IMG/VR virus record: IMGVR_UViG_2936514734_000001
Location: 128,001 to 192,000 of that record
From: a virus
Taxonomy: Duplodnaviria > Caudoviricetes
Length of the DNA: 64,000 nt
Strand: one strand, 5' to 3'
Both the position numbers and the translations under genes were made by a program. Position 1 is the first letter of the stretch; each line of letters begins with the position of its first letter. The notes beneath the pieces are model-generated. The model was given only the letters and a program-made list of their open reading frames with translations. It did no database searches and was not told the DNA's origin. This document shows, piece by piece, positions 20,528 to 26,998 of this stretch.

Positions 20528-20723
20528 TGTGCTTACAGCGGGAGAGTCCTGACCCCTAGACGACATCGCTCCTTCCCCAGCCAGTAAAAGGTGAGAAATC
20601 TTTTACAGCAAGGTATGTAACACTGTACCCTAAAAAAGTTTCTCAGGCTTTTCTAAGTATTTTCAAGTGTATACGCAAAACGAAGCACGGATTCGAACCG
20701 TGGTTGCTCCCCTTGTAAGCACA
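20528..20723 (-). ncRNA. Circularly permuted tRNA-like RNA (YrlA/Y-RNA-like topology)
   Basis: Termini pair (UGUGCUUACA/UGUAAGCACA). T-arm CACGG-TTCGAAT-CCGTG lies 5' of D-arm GTCT-AGGGGTC-AGGAC; CTCCC/GGGAG stem continues into the terminal helix. Confidence 0.65.
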
Positions 20724-20881
20724 CGAAATATAAGGCGAGGTAATGGGGAATCGAACCCCAATAGTCACACCAGCGATAACCTACTTCTTTTAACTAGTAT
20801 TATACAAAGTAGAAAACAGGAATCGAACCCTATCGGTCAACCATGCTTACCTCATAAAAAGTGGGGGCGTTAGCCCCCGTA

Positions 20882-20995
20882 TAGACAAGGCAGGACTTGA
20901 ACCTGCAGTGGAGTTATTTATATATATCCTCTCATCCCATTTTTCAGGGCGTGTTTGCCAGGCGCGATCGCAACCTATATTCCACCACTTGTCTA
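20882..20995 (-). ncRNA. Aberrant class-II tRNA-like element (expanded D-loop, non-canonical anticodon arm)
   Basis: Acceptor AGACAAG/CTTGTCT; T-arm GCAGG-TTCAAGT-CCTGC; extra hairpin in the D-loop. Confidence 0.55.
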
Positions 20996-21136
20996 GTGTC
21001 CTTTGACCTGTACGCCTCCGAAGGGACACGTCTTTTAAGGGGAGACGCACAGGTTTTGCATTTCGCTAAGCTTAGATAGCTTAGACCGCCTGCTTGGCTA
21101 ACTTTTATAGTTCACATTAAAATGGTGAACCATTAA

Positions 21137-21209
21137 TGCCGACGATAGGACTTGAACCTACAACCTCCTGATTACAAGTCAGGCGCACTACCAATTGTGC
21201 TACACCGGC
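21137..21209 (-). tRNA. tRNA-Thr(UGU)
   Basis: Canonical cloverleaf; CCTGA-CTTGTAA-TCAGG; CCA not encoded. Confidence 0.9.
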
Positions 21210-21218
21210 ATAATAGCA

Positions 21219-21271
21219 ATCAACTAAGGGGAATTGAACCCTTTTCGACTACCGACAAGTCTCTTAGTTGA
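21219..21271 (-). ncRNA. Anticodon-less mini tRNA-like element
   Basis: TCAACTA/TAGTTGA acceptor, GACT/AGTC D-like hairpin, AGGG-TTCAATT-CCCC T-arm; no anticodon arm. Confidence 0.5.
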
Positions 21272-21278
21272 CCTTGAG

Positions 21279-21349
21279 TGATCTTAACAGGAGTTGAACC
21301 TGTGAGTGATAGTGTTTATCTATCGCGTTGACCGCTTCGCCATAAGACC
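21279..21349 (-). tRNA. Atypical tRNA (anticodon loop ATAAACA, nominal AAA); pseudo or mimic
   Basis: Full cloverleaf, but non-canonical anticodon loop. Confidence 0.55.
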
Positions 21350-21360
21350 ATATTACTGTG

Positions 21361-21552
21361 TTAGCTGCTTCTAACTTTAGAACGAATTGAATTATGTCCA
21401 TTTGGAAGACCAGTAGATGAAAACAACATACTTCCTGCATAATCTTTCTCCGCTACTTCACCGCATTCACATGTAGTTTCTGTTGTACCCATCTTTACGA
21501 TTTTCTCAAAAGATGTATCACATTTTTCACAATTAAATCTATAGATTGGCAT
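21361..21552 (-). CDS. FmdB-family zinc-ribbon protein
   Basis: MPIYRFNCEKCDTSFE...CECG. Confidence 0.85.
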   Translation of the reverse strand: MPIYRFNCEKCDTSFEKIVKMGTTETTCECGEVAEKDYAGSMLFSSTGLPNGHNSIRSKVRSS

Positions 21553-21554
21553 TG

Positions 21555-21773
21555 TTAATCTCCTAAGATTGGATTATGCGTTGAATACATAGGTGAACAA
21601 CCTTCATGAGATGGGAAAGTTAATTCTTGAACAGGTTCTTTACTTGTAAGAATTAGCACAGTATTATCTCTTTCAGCATCAAATCTTACATGAGAAATAT
21701 CTACTTCTTCAGGTAATTGCATAATCTTTTTTAATACAGATTTGCGTATAACAAGTTGTCCTTTAGCAGACAT
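21555..21773 (-). CDS. Hypothetical protein (true start probably MSAKGQ)
   Basis: RBS GAGGGG upstream of the ATG; the longer track ORF overlaps tRNAs. Confidence 0.6.
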   Translation of the reverse strand: MSAKGQLVIRKSVLKKIMQLPEEVDISHVRFDAERDNTVLILTSKEPVQELTFPSHEGCSPMYSTHNPILGD

Positions 21774-21801
21774 ATTGATCTTCCCCTCTATTAAATAAAG
21801 A

Positions 21802-21877
21802 TGGCGATCCCGACCGGATTTGAACCGGCGATCTCCTGCGTGACAGGCAGGCGTGTTAACCGCTACACTACGAGACC
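21802..21877 (-). tRNA. tRNA-Asp(GUC)
   Basis: CCTGC-CTGTCAC-GCAGG; CCA. Confidence 0.92.
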
Positions 21878-21880
21878 ATA

Positions 21881-21958
21881 TGGAGCGCAAGACAGGATTC
21901 GAACCTGTGAAATAATAGGGTTGCAACCTATCGCGTTAAGCCGCTTCGCCACATGCGC
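21881..21958 (-). tRNA. tRNA-Cys(GCA)
   Basis: ATAGG-TTGCAAC-CCTAT; U73; CCA. Confidence 0.88.
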
Positions 21959-21962
21959 GTAA

Positions 21963-22040
21963 TGGTCCGGGTGGAAAGACTTGAACTCTCGGCCTCCTGC
22001 TCCCAAAGCAGGCGCTCTAACCAAACTGAGCTACACCCGG
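21963..22040 (-). tRNA. tRNA-Pro(UGG)
   Basis: CCTGC-TTTGGGA-GCAGG; CCA. Confidence 0.9.
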
Positions 22041-22046
22041 ATTTTT

Positions 22047-22220
22047 TGGCGTGCACGGGCTGGAATCGAACCGCCCTTCCACTATGGTCTATCCTATTCT
22101 GACAATAGGGGTTTGTCATAGCTGATCTCTCGCCAACCTAACCGTATCCTTTCCTTCATGTTGTCAGATGCATGAAATACTCCAACGCTTCGTGAAAGGT
22201 TAGCTTCGCCTGAGCTGCAC
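22047..22220 (-). ncRNA. 174-nt CCA-terminated tRNA-like RNA with expanded internal domain
   Basis: GTGCA/GTGCAC-GCCA acceptor; T-arm GGGCGG-TTCGATT-CCAGCCC; two internal hairpins with complementary loops. Confidence 0.65.
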
Positions 22221-22231
22221 ATATTAAATAA

Positions 22232-22305
22232 TGGCTCTTGATTGACTTGAACAATCGACCTTTCCCTTATGAGGGGAACGCTCTAACCAACTGAGCTAAA
22301 GAGCC
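22232..22305 (-). tRNA. tRNA-Met/Ile2(CAU)
   Basis: TTCCC-CTCATAA-GGGAA. Confidence 0.85.
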
Positions 22306-22309
22306 GAAG

Positions 22310-22386
22310 TGGTGGACCTTACAGGATTCGAACCTGTGACCGGACGGTTATGAGCCGTCTGCTCTAACCAGCTGAGCTAAAGGTCC
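22310..22386 (-). tRNA. tRNA-Ile2(CAU), lysidine type
   Basis: GGACCTTTAGCTCAG...GACGG-CTCATAA-CCGTC; closely resembles Bacillus tRNA-Ile2 as recalled. Confidence 0.88.
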
Positions 22387-22389
22387 ATT

Positions 22390-22462
22390 TGGTTGCAGAG
22401 GCAGGAGTTGAACCTGCGTAGTCTTGGTTATGAGCCAAGATGGAATACCCATTCACACTGCT
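22390..22462 (-). tRNA. tRNA-Met(CAU), initiator-like (1:72 mismatch), short D-arm
   Basis: CTTGG-CTCATAA-CCAAG; ACCA end. Confidence 0.7.
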
Positions 22463-22596
22463 ATAATGAAAGACTCCTATGATATTCCCACACATCATAG
22501 GAGTTATTATGATACGGCTATATATCATAATTCTTCTTTTCATACTTCAAGAAAGGAGTGACTTCGTGGCGGGTTATCTTCATAACCCATAATAAA

Positions 22597-22669
22597 AGGT
22601 GCGCCTTACAGGAATTGAACCTGTCCTCGCCCGCGCGGTTGGGCAGTACTACCGCTATACTAAAGGCGC
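22597..22669 (-). tRNA. Atypical tRNA, undetermined anticodon (8-nt loop AACCGCGC)
   Basis: Good acceptor, D and T arms; aberrant anticodon loop; ends ACCT. Confidence 0.55.
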
Positions 22670-22735
22670 ATTGCGCTCAAAGGGATTAAGGAGACCCCTA
22701 AACCTGTAGGTTGTATTTTATGAGCGTCTTGGTAA

Positions 22736-22808
22736 TGGAAGATGAAGGAGTTGAACCTCCGACGCGTAGATCTTCAATCTACCGCTCTACCAACTGAGCT
22801 AATCCTCC
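22736..22808 (-). tRNA. tRNA-Phe(GAA)
   Basis: GTAGA-TTGAAGA-TCTAC. Confidence 0.88.
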
Positions 22809-22809
22809 A

Positions 22810-22884
22810 TGGAGCACCTCACGGGAATCGAACCCGTACTGTCTGCTTGGAAGGCAGAAGTCATAGCCATTAGACCAGAAGCGC
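22810..22884 (-). tRNA. tRNA-Gly(UCC)
   Basis: TCTGC-CTTCCAA-GCAGA; TCCA end. Confidence 0.9.
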
Positions 22885-23039
22885 ACAATCTACGGTTTTC
22901 CGATACCGTAGAAAGAATAAAATAGAGTTCTTATAAAGTGAAAGGAAGGATTTAAATGATAACAGGAAAAGCTATAAAACTAACCCGTACATTATTTAAA
23001 CGGTGACAGGAAGTACCTTTCGGTAAGCCCTGTCATGTA

Positions 23040-23127
23040 TGGAGGAGGGAGCGGGATTCGAACCCGCGGATGTTTTACCACCTCTGGTTTTCAAGACCAG
23101 TACAATAAGCCTCTCTGTCACCCCTCC
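23040..23127 (-). tRNA. tRNA-Ser(UGA)
   Basis: CTGGT-CTTGAAA-ACCAG; long variable arm. Confidence 0.88.
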
Positions 23128-23128
23128 G

Positions 23129-23219
23129 TGGCGGAAGGTAAGGGATTTGAACCCTTGCGCCGACTTAGCGACCTACACCCTTAGCAGGGGCGCCTCTTCA
23201 GCCTCTTGAGTAACCTTCC
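23129..23219 (-). tRNA. tRNA-Ser(GCU)
   Basis: CGCCC-CTGCTAA-GGGTG; long variable arm; GCCA end. Confidence 0.9.
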
Positions 23220-23221
23220 AT

Positions 23222-23305
23222 TGGCACCCATTGAAGGAATCGAACCTCTTGGGAATGGTTTTGGAGACCATCGACTTACCTCTCGTCTTTAACCCTCTAA
23301 TGGAT
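23222..23305 (-). tRNA. Second tRNA-Trp(CCA) with ~10-nt insertion between acceptor stem and D-arm
   Basis: ATGGT-CTCCAAA-ACCAT; acceptor ATCCATT/AATGGGT-GCCA. Confidence 0.65.
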
Positions 23306-23310
23306 ATTGA

Positions 23311-23384
23311 TAGCACTGACGGGATTCGAACCCGCGTATGACCGATAGAAAGTCGGCTGTGTTAGGCCACTTCACCACAGTGCT
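23311..23384 (-). tRNA. tRNA-Glu(UUC)
   Basis: GCCGA-CTTTCTA-TCGGT. Confidence 0.82.
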
Positions 23385-23418
23385 AGATTAAGATGTGACT
23401 TAGAGCCACATCGATTAA

Positions 23419-23811
23419 TTAACTTTTTAATAAGAAATTGAAGTTAGTAAACACTCTTCGTTCAGGGCTAGTATCCCATTGTGATACTTTTTCTTCTGGA
23501 AAATGCACAAAGTCTACAATAACATGAGCATTTACATCCGGAAGTAAGTAAAGGAGTTTCACTATTTTGATGTAATTATTGTCTTGGATAGTTTCAGCTT
23601 CAACTAGTTCAGCTTCAATAGTAGGAAAATCCGTTGCACCGCTTCCTTTATAATTCAACGAAGAAACATAGGTACGGGCATCTGTTAAGCTATTTCTAGA
23701 TGTGTCATTGATGAATCGAGTATTAGTTAACCCATCTACATAGGCAACTACTTGTTCTTCTAAACCATCATACTTAAATAAATAAGTAGCTTCTTTTTTT
23801 ACTACTGACAA
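23419..23811 (-). CDS. Hypothetical protein within the tRNA array
   Basis: 130-aa ORF, RBS GAGGGTG. Confidence 0.65.
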   Translation of the reverse strand: MSVVKKEATYLFKYDGLEEQVVAYVDGLTNTRFINDTSRNSLTDARTYVSSLNYKGSGATDFPTIEAELVEAETIQDNNYIKIVKLLYLLPDVNAHVIVDFVHFPEEKVSQWDTSPERRVFTNFNFLLKS

Positions 23812-23833
23812 TTTAACACCCTCTTCAAAGATT

Positions 23834-23908
23834 TGGCTGCGGGGGAAGGATTCGAACCCTCGTATCCATGAACCAAAATCATGTGCCTTACCGCTTGGCT
23901 ACCCCGTA
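23834..23908 (-). tRNA. tRNA-Gln(UUG)
   Basis: CATGA-TTTTGGT-TCATG; GCCA end. Confidence 0.88.
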
Positions 23909-23911
23909 ATA

Positions 23912-23987
23912 TGGCTCCACCTGCAGGTCTCGAACCTGCGACCACTTGATTAACAGTCAAGCGCTCTACCAACTGAGCTAAGGTGGA
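23912..23987 (-). tRNA. tRNA-Asn(GUU)
   Basis: CTTGA-CTGTTAA-TCAAG; GCCA end. Confidence 0.92.
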
Positions 23988-24062
23988 ATAATGAGTAAGG
24001 AGCAACCCTCTGCACCACGGACTCGAACCGTGACCCCTACTACTTAATGTGACTGTTTGAAT

Positions 24063-24091
24063 AAGGTAAACACTTCATTTCCATTTGTCAA
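24063..24091 (-). promoter_or_regulatory. SigA-like promoter for the tRNA array
   Basis: TTGACA-N17-TACCTT with AT-rich upstream region. Confidence 0.7.
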
Positions 24092-24125
24092 CACTTTTAG
24101 AAAATATTTTTATTTTTTATAATAT

Positions 24126-24452
24126 TTGCTACCTACACTGCCTAGCAGTGATTGAAGGTGTGTATAAAAGCCATTTTACTGTTATCCAGGGTTTTTAAAG
24201 AATGTTAAGGCCTTTACCATTTTAGCTTTAGAAATTAAAAAACTTTAAGTCCTAAGCTTTACTCTTTATAACTTTAAGGTTTAAACTTTTCACCCATTTG
24301 TCTTGTATCTACAAGATATCTGTATTGTTCTCTCTTATTATGAGAAACCTTTTAGTTTAGCCCTATGCTATACAAAGTAATTGGAGCGGGGAAAGTTTAA
24401 CGTCCTCCCTGCAAAGACGTATACACGTTTTAACGTTCCGTGTAAGTAGCAA
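24126..24452 (-). ncRNA. Candidate 327-nt structured RNA with TAAAG repeats
   Basis: 13-bp terminal helix with a G-U pair only on the minus strand; ~7-nt periodic AAAG tract. Confidence 0.55.
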
Positions 24453-24467
24453 GTTATAATTTAGCTA

Positions 24468-25088
24468 TTAGTCTAATTCGATGAATGTAGTTGCGTTTAC
24501 CTCAGATAAACAAGCATCTACCTCAACTAAGAAACTATTAATTTCTTCTTCAAGTTTCTTGATTTCTTCACGAATTGAAATAGGATCAACCATGTTAGGT
24601 TCATTACGTTTCTTGAAGTCAGCGGTTGTTTTCTCTACTTCTTCAGCAAAGTTCTTACGATCCTTACCAAAGTCAGAATTCAAACGTTGATCAAGACGGA
24701 TCTCCATTTCACGACGTTCACGTTCAATCTCTTGATTTACTACAGCGAGTTGACGATTTAATTCATGGAGTAATGACTGCTTATAGTGAATAGCATCTTT
24801 CTGATCAATTGCCTCAGCAATAGTCATTACGACACCAGCAATCTTCACTTCAGTCGTTGCATTTACCAGAATTAATTTAGATTTAATTTCGTTACGACGT
24901 TTGATTAGGTCATTAGCAGATTGGTATCCGCTTTTCGCTAATTCTTCGAACTGCTCTTTAGAGTTATATCCACGAGGCTTCTCGCTTCCTGTTTGAAAAG
25001 TAACAAACTTCTCTCCATTAATAGCTCCTGCAATTCGTTTGTCCAGCATCTTTAATTCAGATAGTGCACGGTGTAAAGATAATTTCAT
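24468..25088 (-). CDS. Coiled-coil protein (DIP1984/DUF6847-like)
   Basis: MKLSLHRALSELKMLDKRI...MTIAEAI...EVDACLSEVNATTFIE pattern. Confidence 0.65.
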   Translation of the reverse strand: MKLSLHRALSELKMLDKRIAGAINGEKFVTFQTGSEKPRGYNSKEQFEELAKSGYQSANDLIKRRNEIKSKLILVNATTEVKIAGVVMTIAEAIDQKDAIHYKQSLLHELNRQLAVVNQEIERERREMEIRLDQRLNSDFGKDRKNFAEEVEKTTADFKKRNEPNMVDPISIREEIKKLEEEINSFLVEVDACLSEVNATTFIELD

Positions 25089-25269
25089 CTATTATCGTCT
25101 CCCTTATGTTTTTATTCTCACAGATTGTAAAAGAATCTATAAAGATTACCCTAGAATCTATTTAAAAAACGTTGATTTTAGTGGAATCAATTACTGTTTT
25201 ACTAATTCAACCCTAAGAGAATAAAAAGTCAAGAGAAAAAGATGGATTTCTCCATCTTTTTTAAAAAAA

Positions 25270-25974
25270 TTATTTAAGTTTTAATACCTGTCCGATGCTA
25301 AGTAAATCAGACTTTAAGCCGTTGAGAGATTTTAGCTTTTCAACTGTCATCTTGTGGTCTTTAGCGATTCCCCAAAGAGTGTCACCTTTTACAACTTTGT
25401 AATTCTCACAAGTTGAAGGTGAACCTGATACTGTTTTACCAGTTAAAGCATGAACAATTGCATTACATGCTCTTTCGATGCCACCGCTAACCATTAATTT
25501 GTTCATATCATCTTTATTATCGATGAAAGCAACTTCAATTAAGATAGCCGGTGCATTAGTACTATTGATAAAACCAATTTTCTTACCATCTTTAGGTCCG
25601 CGATCTGTCGTACCTAATTTAGCAGAAAGTTCTTTTGAAACTTTAGCAGCTAAATCTTTTTGGTTATAGAAAAGAACTTCAGTACCATGTCCTTTTCCAT
25701 TACTAGCGTTTAAATGAATACTAACGTCTAAACGACCAGATGCAGAGTTTTTGTTGCAGTTCTTAACTGCATTAGACCAAACAGCGGTTTTAGTTCTACC
25801 TACATCATCAGTACAGATTTTCACATTTTGACCAACTGATTTTAACTGCTTCTCTAATTCCTTAACAATTGTACGAGCTACTTCGTGTTCTTTATAGCCA
25901 CATCCACTTGCTCCAGGTATGATTGCGTTATGACCAGCGGTTAATGTAATAAGTTTATAACTCATATTAGCCAT
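25270..25974 (-). CDS. N-acetylmuramoyl-L-alanine amidase (Amidase_3) + LysM; endolysin
   Basis: AGH, E, SIHLNA, AILIEVAFIDN; YKVVKGDTLWGIA LysM. Confidence 0.92.
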   Translation of the reverse strand: MANMSYKLITLTAGHNAIIPGASGCGYKEHEVARTIVKELEKQLKSVGQNVKICTDDVGRTKTAVWSNAVKNCNKNSASGRLDVSIHLNASNGKGHGTEVLFYNQKDLAAKVSKELSAKLGTTDRGPKDGKKIGFINSTNAPAILIEVAFIDNKDDMNKLMVSGGIERACNAIVHALTGKTVSGSPSTCENYKVVKGDTLWGIAKDHKMTVEKLKSLNGLKSDLLSIGQVLKLK

Positions 25975-26067
25975 GCACCTCCGATAATTTGCATTAATAA
26001 TGCATGGCTAAATTAACCAGTTCACAAATAAAGCTCAAGCCTAAGCTTGAGCTAGTTACACCGATTA

Positions 26068-26913
26068 TTATGCTACACGGATTTTTTGACCAACAGTGAT
26101 TTTATTAATGTCTTGAATATCAGGATTCAAAGCTTTAATTTTATCAACTGTTGTATTGTACTTAACTGCAATTGCAGAAACTGTATCACCTGCTACTACC
26201 GTATAGTACACCGCTGTAGACTTCACTTTTAACACTTGACCGATAGTGATAATGTCTGAAGTTAAACCGTTTAATTGTTTAAGTTCATCTACAGTCATTT
26301 GATATTTATTAGCGATAGACCAAAGAGTATCACCTGCTACAACTGTATATGTGTCAGTTGCAAGAGATGGTTCAGTAACACCAGCAACTTTACCTGTTAA
26401 GGTTTTAACAATTGCTTGAGCTACTTTCTGAACACCACCAGGGCCCATTACTTTGTCCATATCAGATTGAGTATCAATGAAGCCAGTTTCGACAAGAATA
26501 GCCGGAGCATTTGTTGAGTTAAGGAAACCAATTCCTTGTCGCTCTTGAGGACCACGATCTTTATAACCCATTGCAGTAGCAAGGTCTTTTGATACTTTAG
26601 CTGCAAGTTCTACTTCGCTGTAATAAAGAACCTCACAACCAGTTCCACCACCAGCATTTAAGTGAATACTTACATCTAAACGTCCTTCTTTTGGAAAGCT
26701 ATTAGCTTTTCTTACAGCGTTAGTCCAAACTTCAGTTTGAGTTGTTCCAATGTCATCTGTTACAACTTCTACGTTTTGACCTACTGCCTTCATCTGCTTT
26801 TCAAGTTCAGCAACAATCAATCTAGCTACTTCATGTTCCTTGTAGCCACATCCGTATGCTCCTGGAACAATCGCATTATGGCCCGCTGTTAAAGTGATTA
26901 AATTATAACTCAA
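26068..26913 (-). CDS. Amidase_3 + 2 LysM; paralogous endolysin
   Basis: Same catalytic motifs; two YTVVAGDT LysM repeats. Confidence 0.92.
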   Translation of the reverse strand: MSYNLITLTAGHNAIVPGAYGCGYKEHEVARLIVAELEKQMKAVGQNVEVVTDDIGTTQTEVWTNAVRKANSFPKEGRLDVSIHLNAGGGTGCEVLYYSEVELAAKVSKDLATAMGYKDRGPQERQGIGFLNSTNAPAILVETGFIDTQSDMDKVMGPGGVQKVAQAIVKTLTGKVAGVTEPSLATDTYTVVAGDTLWSIANKYQMTVDELKQLNGLTSDIITIGQVLKVKSTAVYYTVVAGDTVSAIAVKYNTTVDKIKALNPDIQDINKITVGQKIRVA

Positions 26914-26998
26914 TAGTCATGCACCTCCGGTAATATTTCGCACTATAAACGATGCATGACTAAATTAACCAGTTAATTACCAAATCTCAATGTTTTAC

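Noticed and set aside
20667-21079. Track ORFs 20667-20873, 20847-21050 and 20897-21079
   Set aside because: They overlap tRNA-like structured elements, lack an RBS and have no protein-like features.
22047-22220. tmRNA
   Set aside because: Too short, no G3-U70/A73 alanine identity and no tag reading frame.
21928-24005. Track ORFs 21928-22119 and 23802-24005, and the 5' extension of 21555-21926
   Set aside because: Read-throughs of tRNA genes.
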